Positions 20,826-28,443 are shown, counted from the stretch's first letter. The stretch is DNA of 32,000 nucleotides from an uncultured Bacilli bacterium (GCA_934096315.1 CAKOLT010000006.1:13083-45082), one strand, 5' to 3'. Translations and numbers: made by a program. Notes: a model not told the origin generated them from the letters alone.

Positions 20826-21140
20826 TTAATATGAAAAAGTTGTTATATTTTTTTTGACACGGAATGTAATAGTAGTCTTTGATGATGGGGCAATATTTTC
20901 TAAAGTTATTTTTAGGGTATGAGACTCCTTATCATAATTATACTGACTTTCCGTGGCTACAGTATCATTTATTATTACACTTCCTTCTAAAAACTCTACT
21001 AGGTTAGTGTCTATAACATCAGTTATAACTGGGTTTTCATATGTTTCATCAGCTTGGTTATCTAACTCTATAGTATAGGTTAAGTCTCCAGTATATGTTC
21101 CCGTGGCAAGGGCTGTATTGTTTAATTCGTTCATAGTCAC
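20826..21140 (-). CDS. small DUF11/CARDB-like beta-sandwich domain protein
   Basis: 104 aa. The pattern YTIELDNQADETYENPVITDVIDTNLVEFLEGSVIIND...TLENIAPSSKTTITFRVK resembles the conserved-repeat (DUF11) domain consensus. No signal peptide is visible. Confidence 0.45.
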   Translation of the reverse strand: MTMNELNNTALATGTYTGDLTYTIELDNQADETYENPVITDVIDTNLVEFLEGSVIINDTVATESQYNYDKESHTLKITLENIAPSSKTTITFRVKKNITTFSY

Positions 21141-21170
21141 CTTCCTACAATAATATATGTAAAGATGAGT

Positions 21171-22022
21171 TTATCTATGTTTATAATTATTTTTATTTAA
21201 TAGTTCCATTTTTATGTTATCACTACAAAATAGGTTATTTAGAGGAAAGTTATGAGGGAGTTTTAATCCATAACTACTCTCTAGACTGCTTAAGTTGATA
21301 TATCCTTTTATTATAGTATTTGATAAGTCTAAGTACTCTGCGTCTTTTAGTCTGCCTAGGTTAACTTTACCTAGGACTACTAGAGGCATTACTACGTCTT
21401 TGGAGTTAATTTTATTACTTAAGTCTAGATCTGTTAAAAGGACTTTAGTCTTACCCATAGTGTATTCTTCTTTGGTAAGGGCTACTTCTTCTTCTTTTAT
21501 GTTAAATATTAGACTGTAGTCTTTTCTTTGGTTTCTTTTTGATTTAATTAGTTCTATCTCTGGGTCTTTTTCATGTCCAAAGCCTTCGATATCTTTATCT
21601 ATTTCATATAAGAATCTTAATTCTTCCCTAGATAATTCTGTGTTTTCTTCTTCTTTTTTCTTAATACTAATTAGTTTGGATATATCAGATACTTTAGTAT
21701 AGGCTTCTTTACTAAAGGGAAGCGTTTTTAGTTTGCCCATTAATACTTGTAAATATTTATGTTCTAGGTTTTGGGAGTGTGATGTTCCTCTTATTTCTGC
21801 GATGTTATTTCCTTCCATTCTAATACCTATTTTAGGTATATAGTCGTCTTCTTTTTGGATATAGTAGACATAGAATGTTCCCTCTTCGACTTGTCTTTTA
21901 GCTATATTTATATCTCCGGAAGTACACCATCCGGTGTGTTTATTTTGAAGAGAGTTAAAGAGTTTAATGTAATCATCACCCATTTTATATGTAATCCATT
22001 TACCTTGGGTAGTATCTTTCAT
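21171..22022 (-). CDS. hypothetical protein (unknown N-terminal domain with HTGWCTSG motif, leucine-rich C-terminal part)
   Basis: 283-aa ORF in a tight string with its neighbours (20-30 nt gaps). The C-terminal LLTDLDLSN...VNLGRLKDAEYLDLSNTIIKGYINLSSL looks LRR-like. No family recognised. Confidence 0.5.
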   Translation of the reverse strand: MKDTTQGKWITYKMGDDYIKLFNSLQNKHTGWCTSGDINIAKRQVEEGTFYVYYIQKEDDYIPKIGIRMEGNNIAEIRGTSHSQNLEHKYLQVLMGKLKTLPFSKEAYTKVSDISKLISIKKKEEENTELSREELRFLYEIDKDIEGFGHEKDPEIELIKSKRNQRKDYSLIFNIKEEEVALTKEEYTMGKTKVLLTDLDLSNKINSKDVVMPLVVLGKVNLGRLKDAEYLDLSNTIIKGYINLSSLESSYGLKLPHNFPLNNLFCSDNIKMELLNKNNYKHR

Positions 22023-22042
22023 ATTGTATCACTTCTTTCTTT

Positions 22043-23692
22043 TTATTCGAAGTAACTTCCTCCGATGAATTCTCTTAATATAGATGTGTCTGGTACAGCA
22101 TCACTTGGAATTGGTAATACATACTGAAGCAAATCTATTAGTCTAAGTGCAGTGTCATAGGCTGGATCATCTTGTTTTACAGAAAATAGTAGTGGTTCTG
22201 CATATGTTTTTAAGACTCCGAGTTCGTATGCTAGAGAGGAGTTGAATATTTCATCACATACATCTTGGAATGGGAAGACATATTTTTCTTCTCCCTTTCT
22301 AACGTCTTGCCATGTATTTATGGTATGTGTTGGAGTGTATCCTCGTACTCTGTTATCTCTTACTATTCTTCTAAGTAATCTAATATCAGTCATATTTATT
22401 CTGTTATCATTGTCTATATTTAAATATGCAAGAGGGCTTATATATATTTTGTATTTTCTTTTTTTAGGGATATCTTTAAGTAATTCTTCGTTTAAGGCAT
22501 GTAGTCCCTCAATAATTAGGATGTCATTACTTCCTAGTTGCATATTTTTATTATATGTTTTTTTACCTGTAATGAAATCATAGGTAGGTATTGTTACTTT
22601 GTTTCCTTTTAATAGTTTAGTTATTTGATTATTGAATAGTTTAACGTCAATAGCTCTTAGGCTTTCGTAGTCTGGTTTACCATTTTCATCTAGAGGGGTA
22701 TCTTCTCTATTTAAGAAGTAGTCATCTAGTGATAATGGTTTAGGGTTTAGTCCTAGTGTTTTTAGGTATAGAGCTAGTTTCTTAGAGGTTGTAGTTTTTC
22801 CTGAAGATGAGGGACCTGATAGTAGTACTACTTTTATGTCTTCTTTATTTAAGACTATTTTTTCCGCAATACTAAGGAGTTTATAGTCTTGTATTATTTC
22901 TGATAGTTTTACTACTTCCCCACTTTTACTTGCTATTATTAAGTCATCTAGGTCTCCGACGGTGTTCATGTTTAAGACATTACCCCAGCTGGAGTATTCT
23001 TCAATTGCTTTAAAGTATTTTTCATGATGGGTGTATTTAACTATTTTACCATTATCATACATAGAGGGAAATCTTAATACTATTCCTTTTTCTAAAAGTG
23101 TTAAGTCATAGTATTTAAGATAACTACTGTCATAGGGAAGGTCTCCGAGAATATAGTCATACATACCATCAAATTTATATAGTGTTATAAATTTAGCAGT
23201 GTCATAACATAATGTTTTTACTTTGTCTAATCTATTTATGTTTTTAAAGTAGTTTATCGCCTCCATACGGGATGTTTCTATTTTTTGGAAGGGAATTGCC
23301 TTGTTAATCATTTCATCCATTATTTCTTTTATTTTAGGGATATCTTTTTTGTCTAGGGGGGCTTCTATTTCATAGTATACTCCCTTATCAATAGAGTGCC
23401 TTACTCTAAAAGAGATGTCCTTTCCGTAATATTTTAAGATAGCTCTTTTAAAGAGGATGGATAATCCTTTTTCGTATAACATATTACCTCTTTTGGTATT
23501 TATGTCATAAAGTTGTAGGGTACCACTTTTTTCTATAGCGTCATCACACCCGATAAATTGGTTTTTAAATTTACCACTTATAATATCAAATTTATATTCT
23601 TTTTTTACATCATTTATAATGTCTAGGAATTTTATTCCTTTTCGGTATTCTTTCTTTTTACCGTTTTCAAAAGTTATAGTTATTGTATCCAT
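22043..23692 (-). CDS. uridine kinase-family nucleoside kinase fused to a ThrRS-like N-terminal (TGS/second additional) region
   Basis: P-loop LLSGPSSSGKTTTSKKLA, ILIIEGLHALN, RRIVRDNRVRG (uridine kinase/PRK family). The N-terminus ITITFENGKKKEY is TGS-like. I prefer the ATG at 23692 (MDTITI, with AAGGGG 7 nt upstream) over the track start at 23731. Confidence 0.8.
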   Translation of the reverse strand: MDTITITFENGKKKEYRKGIKFLDIINDVKKEYKFDIISGKFKNQFIGCDDAIEKSGTLQLYDINTKRGNMLYEKGLSILFKRAILKYYGKDISFRVRHSIDKGVYYEIEAPLDKKDIPKIKEIMDEMINKAIPFQKIETSRMEAINYFKNINRLDKVKTLCYDTAKFITLYKFDGMYDYILGDLPYDSSYLKYYDLTLLEKGIVLRFPSMYDNGKIVKYTHHEKYFKAIEEYSSWGNVLNMNTVGDLDDLIIASKSGEVVKLSEIIQDYKLLSIAEKIVLNKEDIKVVLLSGPSSSGKTTTSKKLALYLKTLGLNPKPLSLDDYFLNREDTPLDENGKPDYESLRAIDVKLFNNQITKLLKGNKVTIPTYDFITGKKTYNKNMQLGSNDILIIEGLHALNEELLKDIPKKRKYKIYISPLAYLNIDNDNRINMTDIRLLRRIVRDNRVRGYTPTHTINTWQDVRKGEEKYVFPFQDVCDEIFNSSLAYELGVLKTYAEPLLFSVKQDDPAYDTALRLIDLLQYVLPIPSDAVPDTSILREFIGGSYFE

Positions 23693-23715
23693 AATATAAC
23701 CCCTTTCTATTTTAT

Positions 23716-25467
23716 TTATTTTATATACCATACTTCATTTATGTTAACACTCTGACTATTAGGAGCTGGGTTTGGTTTATCCATTTTAACAATAACTGGT
23801 ATTTTAAAGGCATTACCAAATATCATACATACCCCAGGATTTAGACTTTTAATCATTCTGATTTCTCCTTCACTTACGTCTGGAATGATATCAGAGACGA
23901 ATTTTAGGTCTTTTGGGTGAAACATTTTAAAGACTAAGAAGTTACTGCACTGACTTACGGCAGTCTCACTTAATTCAAATGGTCTTTGGCTAATTAGTCC
24001 TAGAATACATCCATATTTTCTTCCTTCTTTGGCTATTCTATCAAAGATATTGTATCCGAGGATATTTACGTCTATATCATTTTGGACATATCTATGGGCT
24101 TCTTCTAAGACTATGTGGAATGGTAGACTACCTCTTATTTTTAATTTAGCTATATAGTCAAAGAGTATTCTAGAGTATATTTTAACTAGTCCTTTAGCAA
24201 ATCTATCATCTACATAGTTTATGTTGAAGTTAATTACTTGGGCTTTATTTCCTGTTCTTGAAGTTAATAACATTTTGATATATCCATCCATATCTATATA
24301 TCTATCAAAGTTAAAGTATATAGCATAATCTCCCTTACAAAGGGTATATAGTCTTATTTTAAGAACGTTTGCATAGTTATATACTTTATCACTATTGAAT
24401 ATACCTTCACTAATTAGGGCAAACTCTAATGAGTAATAGAAGTCATCCATGGTATACATATAACTACCACTAGGAAGAACAAGAGGTATATCAAAGTTTT
24501 CGAACTTCTCTAGGTATTTAATTATTAATTCTATGTCTGCAAACCTACCACCTTCTTCAATAGATATACACTGTCTAAAGGTTCTAACCCATCCCCCTTT
24601 ACTTAATTTTATATCTAAGTTTATTTCTCCGGTTTGAAACTTTGTTAGTATAGATATTATTTTATTTCTAGCTTCACTTACATTCTTACTTGAGAATATT
24701 GTATCAAGGAGGCTCTTAGCTATTATACTGTTTTTATAGTTATCAATACTAGCATCTTCACTTGCAAAGTAGTTTACATATTTAAGGGCTTTTTCTATTA
24801 TGGGTAGTTGTCTAACATCATCTACTCCGAGAAGAATAGCTATATCATCAGCATTTAGTAACCAAAATGGTATTATTAGTTTTTCGTTTTCAGTGTCATT
24901 TAGGTTAGTGGTATATACTTTATAGTTTATGTTTTCATTAGTACTTCCTATTTCTTTGAAGGCTTGTTGGTATTCACCATAAGCATCAAAGAGGAATATA
25001 TTAGTTCTAAAGGGAAGGTATTTAGCTTCGTAGAAGATACTTTGTAGTATCTTTGCTACAGAGTAGCTTTTACCACTTCCTGTATTACCTAGTATAGAAA
25101 AGTGGTTGGAGAAAAAGCTATTTACATTCATATTTATGTTATAGTCATTATATATATAACTAGTACCTAGTTTTATATAATTGTCATTACTACTAGTGGA
25201 ATATACTATATCTAATTCTTCTTTAGTTATTAATCTTACCTCGCTATTAAAACTAGGGGGTACAATACTTCCATAAATAAATTTACCATTTTCAAATAGT
25301 CCGATTAGTTTAATGGTTAAGTGTTCTGTATCTACATTACTAATAGTACCTACGATAGTATTATTAAATACTACATACTTACCATTAACATTACCTATTT
25401 CATATATATTAATACTTAGTTTTACTTTAACTATAGTGTCTTCAACACTTATTATATTACCTAACAT
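23716..25467 (-). CDS. HerA/FtsK-like (DUF87) P-loop ATPase
   Basis: 583 aa. N-terminal HAS-barrel-like beta region, Walker A ILGNTGSGKSYSV, Walker B FHIVLEEAHRYV, GLISQRP sensor block. Confidence 0.8.
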   Translation of the reverse strand: MLGNIISVEDTIVKVKLSINIYEIGNVNGKYVVFNNTIVGTISNVDTEHLTIKLIGLFENGKFIYGSIVPPSFNSEVRLITKEELDIVYSTSSNDNYIKLGTSYIYNDYNINMNVNSFFSNHFSILGNTGSGKSYSVAKILQSIFYEAKYLPFRTNIFLFDAYGEYQQAFKEIGSTNENINYKVYTTNLNDTENEKLIIPFWLLNADDIAILLGVDDVRQLPIIEKALKYVNYFASEDASIDNYKNSIIAKSLLDTIFSSKNVSEARNKIISILTKFQTGEINLDIKLSKGGWVRTFRQCISIEEGGRFADIELIIKYLEKFENFDIPLVLPSGSYMYTMDDFYYSLEFALISEGIFNSDKVYNYANVLKIRLYTLCKGDYAIYFNFDRYIDMDGYIKMLLTSRTGNKAQVINFNINYVDDRFAKGLVKIYSRILFDYIAKLKIRGSLPFHIVLEEAHRYVQNDIDVNILGYNIFDRIAKEGRKYGCILGLISQRPFELSETAVSQCSNFLVFKMFHPKDLKFVSDIIPDVSEGEIRMIKSLNPGVCMIFGNAFKIPVIVKMDKPNPAPNSQSVNINEVWYIK

Positions 25468-25548
25468 ATTTTGTATCCTTTCTTTATATATTATATATAA
25501 GTATATAAGGCCACAGGAGGTTAGAGTCCTCCTTTGTCCTTATATTTA

Positions 25549-26568
25549 CTATGAGCATGTGTCACATCCAAGGGTATATGGGTTATCAAAGGAACCGCCT
25601 CCTCCGGTTACATAGACACTGGATTTTAGATAGAAGGTGGGGCGGGCGGCAGGAGGAACGTTCGTGCTATAGCGATACACGTCGCCAGAACTGACGCGCC
25701 ACACGCGATTCGAGCCAGAAGCATAAGGTGTTATTGTCCACTCATATCCTTTATATAACCAATTATTATTTCCAAAGTAATGTGCACTTTGAGTTGTTGT
25801 ATCAGAACTTGAGTAATAACCACTTGCGTATAGGTAATCACTTAAGTACATTAGACCTACTGGAGCGTCTGTTGTAGGACTGTAAGAACCTGATTTTGCA
25901 GAGGTACAAGAGTTTCCTCCTCTTTCACATAAGTACCAGTTTTGTTTACTCTGGTCTGTACCACTACCGTATAGGTACCACGTTACTGTTTCTATATAAC
26001 TTCTTAGGTTATCTGCTATTCCATAGCCTACTATAGGAGTGCAGTTATTAGTCCTATAATTAGTATTACTACTATAGTATGTCCAAGTACTACAATTACC
26101 ATAGGTATCTGATATATCCTTTTTATTATAAAAGTATTCATTAAGTAAAATATTAAGGTTTCCTCCTACCCAATTGTTGTTATACTCAGAGTATGTACCA
26201 CTAGTATTTGAACTATTACGTACTCCCCAAGAATATCCTCCAAGAGAACGGGCTCTAATTAATTTAACCATTTCTACTCCTGTTTTACCATGGGAATTAG
26301 AATCAAAGACTCCTATTATACGATACATATCATTATTAAACTTAACATAGTTATTAACTTCTGCTCCTACATATCTATATTCATGAGAATTAGTATAGTA
26401 TACTCCACTAGCCCCACTTGACCAACTAGAGCCTTTATTTAAGGCTTTAACTGTATCTACTAGAGTTGTGCCTACGGCATAACTCTTTTTAGAGTTTACC
26501 TGAAATACTACTATAACAAGTGTAACTAGTATTAAAGATACTATTATAATTATTTTCTTTTTACTCAT
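25549..26568 (-). CDS. DGR variable protein 2 (signal-anchored, C-type-lectin-like C-terminal domain carrying VR1)
   Basis: 339 aa. N-terminal anchor IIIIVSLILVTLVIVVF. The body is almost identical to the C-terminal 300 aa of the 28960..31416 protein. VR1 encodes ASGSNRVWRVSSGDVYRYSTNVPPAARP near the C-terminus. Confidence 0.85.
   Translation of the reverse strand: MSKKKIIIIVSLILVTLVIVVFQVNSKKSYAVGTTLVDTVKALNKGSSWSSGASGVYYTNSHEYRYVGAEVNNYVKFNNDMYRIIGVFDSNSHGKTGVEMVKLIRARSLGGYSWGVRNSSNTSGTYSEYNNNWVGGNLNILLNEYFYNKKDISDTYGNCSTWTYYSSNTNYRTNNCTPIVGYGIADNLRSYIETVTWYLYGSGTDQSKQNWYLCERGGNSCTSAKSGSYSPTTDAPVGLMYLSDYLYASGYYSSSDTTTQSAHYFGNNNWLYKGYEWTITPYASGSNRVWRVSSGDVYRYSTNVPPAARPTFYLKSSVYVTGGGGSFDNPYTLGCDTCS
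25640..25722 (-). repeat. DGR variable repeat VR1
   Basis: Gap-free 83-nt alignment to the TR. 18 differences fall at TR adenines (coding strand) and 3 at non-adenine positions. It ends in the GC-only run GCCGCCCGCCCC. Confidence 0.9.
25723..26103 (-). repeat. 381-bp segment identical to 29119..29499 (copy A)
   Basis: A base-by-base read shows no mismatch over 381 bp directly abutting the VR. Identity decays beyond 26104/29500 and downstream of the VR. Confidence 0.85.
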
Positions 26569-26849
26569 TCATTACCATTCCTCTCATTTAATTTCTTATT
26601 TATATTATTTAAAATATAGGCTAGTTTATATTTTAAATAATATAAATTATACTTATTATCCACATACTCTTTCTTATGTACATTTAAGTTATCAATTACT
26701 ATATAGTTAATATGATACTCCCTTAATTTATCTATCTTTTTAAAGTTTACTCTTTTATCATTTATATAAGTATATAACTTACCTTTCTTTGCTATTAATA
26801 TTACATAGTTATTATACCACAGTTTAGCCATATTGTATCTATTTTTCAT
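26565..26849 (-). CDS. hypothetical 94-aa protein translationally coupled to DGR target 2
   Basis: ATG preceded by AAGGGAG (6-nt spacing). The stop overlaps the target-2 start (ATGA). Lys/Asn/Tyr-rich, no TM segment, no recognised family. Confidence 0.5.
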   Translation of the reverse strand: MKNRYNMAKLWYNNYVILIAKKGKLYTYINDKRVNFKKIDKLREYHINYIVIDNLNVHKKEYVDNKYNLYYLKYKLAYILNNINKKLNERNGNE

Positions 26850-26877
26850 ATCTTACTCCCTTGTTATGTGTCTTGTA

Positions 26878-26899
26878 GGGACTTTATAAATAAAGTCCC
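26878..26899 (-). other. perfect 10-bp hairpin in the noncoding segment 3' of the TR
   Basis: GGGACTTTAT AA ATAAAGTCCC. It lies about 100 nt downstream (- strand) of the TR and about 30 nt upstream of orf94. No U-run follows, so it is not a canonical terminator. Confidence 0.45.
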
Positions 26900-27002
26900 G
26901 TCCACATACTGTCTTTAGGGTTTAACCCAAGGATAGTCTATGTTACTTATATCTATCAAAGTATATCCTTAAACATACAGTCTCCCAAATATAAGAAGCT
27001 AA

Positions 27003-27085
27003 GGGCGGGCGGCATTAGGATTGTTCGTGTTATTTTTATTGACGTTGCCATTACTGACGTTCCACGCATTATTCGAGTCAGAAGC
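27003..27085 (-). repeat. DGR template repeat (TR)
   Basis: Noncoding, 24 nt downstream of the RT stop. In the VR frame it reads ASDSNNAWNVSNGNVNKNNTNNPNAARP, with 11 AAY codons and 28 adenines. It ends in GCCGCCCGCCC, matching both VRs. Confidence 0.9.
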
Positions 27086-27109
27086 CCATTAAAGACTACC
27101 CTATAATAG

Positions 27110-27967
27110 TTAGTTATATCTATCTATTATATTATTTATCTTTTCTCTATTATATTTAAATGTATATTTATAGTTATTTACACTACTAAATCTCTTCTCA
27201 AAGGTTATATAACCTTTGAGAAATAATTTCTTGTTTTTTCTAGTAGTTCTTTTTATCTTATTCATAGTCTCTGATCTTAAGTTCACTATGGTTTTATTAT
27301 TTATTACTCTATACCTATAACTTAGAAATACAAACCCTTCTTTAGAACTTACTATCATAGTCTTTTTCTTATTTATTTTTAATTTATATTCATTTAAGAG
27401 TATAAATTCTATTTCCTTTAGACACTTCTTTAAATACTCTTTATCTGGGTGCATTAATATATAATCATCCATATAGACTACTAGATGCTTTATTTTTAGT
27501 TTATGTACTATATAATTATGTAATTTATATAGATAGAATATAGCAAGAAACTGATTGGACAAGAGTCCAATGGATAATCCTTTACCTTTGTTATACAAAG
27601 GTAAAGAGTTTATCTCATCCCTATGGGATGGGTTTCTTTCGGATTCCTTCTCCTTAAGTTTTATTATAGTATCATTTACATAACCTTGGTTAGTGGACTC
27701 TAGTATTAAGTTTAGATATCTATATTCTTCTTTAGTAACTTTATCTTTAATAAGACTCTTTAATACTTCATGGTCTATATTATAGAAATATTTAGATATA
27801 TCTAACTTAAGTATATAGAATTTATTATTTCTTTTTTCTTCTTCTAGATACTTCATAACTAATTTATGAGCATAACTAGAACCCATACCCTTTCTAGTGG
27901 CAACATTCCTAATGTCTAAATACCTTGATAAGAAATATATTGTATTTAGGCATTGGTATGGTGCCAC
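27110..27967 (-). CDS. DGR-type reverse transcriptase, main (C-terminal) reading frame
   Basis: RT motifs ATRKGMGSSYA (motif 2), YILKLDISKYFYNIDHEVL (3), GLSIGLLSNQFLAIFYL (4, the DGR-like I-G-x-x-x-S-Q region), VVYMDDYILM (5, YxDD) and KINKKKTMIVSSKEGFVFLSYRY (6/7). It has no ATG start and continues from the 27909..28106 frame after a 1-nt shift. Confidence 0.85.
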   Translation of the reverse strand: MAPYQCLNTIYFLSRYLDIRNVATRKGMGSSYAHKLVMKYLEEEKRNNKFYILKLDISKYFYNIDHEVLKSLIKDKVTKEEYRYLNLILESTNQGYVNDTIIKLKEKESERNPSHRDEINSLPLYNKGKGLSIGLLSNQFLAIFYLYKLHNYIVHKLKIKHLVVYMDDYILMHPDKEYLKKCLKEIEFILLNEYKLKINKKKTMIVSSKEGFVFLSYRYRVINNKTIVNLRSETMNKIKRTTRKNKKLFLKGYITFEKRFSSVNNYKYTFKYNREKINNIIDRYN

Positions 27968-28106
27968 TTTCTATATTCTCATTAATTGAGGTTATGTATT
28001 CCATTTTCTGTGTTTCAAACTCATATAACCTTCTTTTGTTCTTTGCTTTCTTACATAACTCTTTTTCGTATATGTCTAATAACCTCTGGAGATTAACATT
28101 ATTCAT
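27909..28106 (-). CDS. N-terminal fragment of the DGR reverse transcriptase (separate frame)
   Basis: 65 aa, MNNVNLQRLLDIYEKELCKKAKNKRRLYEFE...IESGTIPMPKYNIFLI, like the usual DGR RT N-terminus (L..A...A.KGK ... G.Y.P..Y..F.I). It stops at 27909-27911 and overlaps the avd stop by 8 nt. Confidence 0.7.
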   Translation of the reverse strand: MNNVNLQRLLDIYEKELCKKAKNKRRLYEFETQKMEYITSINENIESGTIPMPKYNIFLIKVFRH

Positions 28107-28443
28107 TTGCTTTTATCCATCCCCTTGTTATTTTATTAATCTCTGTTAATTTATTGGTTCTTTCTTTAAGTTGTTTTTGACTAATATATTTATATATATA
28201 CATTCTCTCTAAGTAGAAGTCTACAACTTTAAGGCTTACTATTACTAATTCTTGTAAATGTAATCTTCTTTCTTTATCTGCCTTTATTAAGTTAGCATTA
28301 TAAATATTTCTTAATATATTAAGTAGTTCTTCTCTAATTTGATCTCTATTATATAAATCTTTTTTGGGGATATTCTCTAAAAGAGGTTCCATAGTTAATA
28401 TAAATTCTTTTACTTTCTTAGCTAGTATAAAGTTATCATCCAT
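28099..28443 (-). CDS. avd: Avd-like accessory variability determinant (four-helix-bundle protein)
   Basis: 114 aa, basic and all-helical by composition. LAKKVKEFILTMEPLLENIPKKDLYNRDQIREELLNILRNI resembles the Avd / four-helix-bundle family (F..l...lp..e...l..Q.). It lies immediately upstream of, and overlapping, the RT. Confidence 0.7.
   Translation of the reverse strand: MDDNFILAKKVKEFILTMEPLLENIPKKDLYNRDQIREELLNILRNIYNANLIKADKERRLHLQELVIVSLKVVDFYLERMYIYKYISQKQLKERTNKLTEINKITRGWIKANE

Noticed and set aside
25514-25534. AGGAGG/CCTCCT hairpin between DGR target 2 and the HerA gene as a terminator
   Set aside because: It is a 6-bp stem with no U-tract on the - strand. It may attenuate transcription, but the evidence is insufficient, so it is left unannotated.
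1701-25615. Numerous + strand track ORFs (e.g. 1701..1883, 2451..2648, 4888..5127, 6757..7020, 9637..9876, 10532..10900, 11692..12078, 13358..13678, 16887..17225, 20147..20377, 22242..22583, 25313..25615)
   Set aside because: All lie antisense inside well-supported - strand genes. They have Ser/Leu/Phe/Ile-rich low-complexity translations typical of shadow frames in AT-rich DNA and lack RBS or family motifs.
27110-28106. The RT could be a retron or group II intron RT
   Set aside because: No msr/msd-like inverted-repeat structure, no intron RNA domains and no maturase/endonuclease tail are visible. An Avd-like gene and a TR with two A-mutagenised VRs are present, which fits a DGR.
27925-28149. 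+ strand 74-aa ORF across the RT/avd junction
   Set aside because: It is antisense to two overlapping, motif-supported genes, has a hydrophobic shadow-frame composition and has no RBS.
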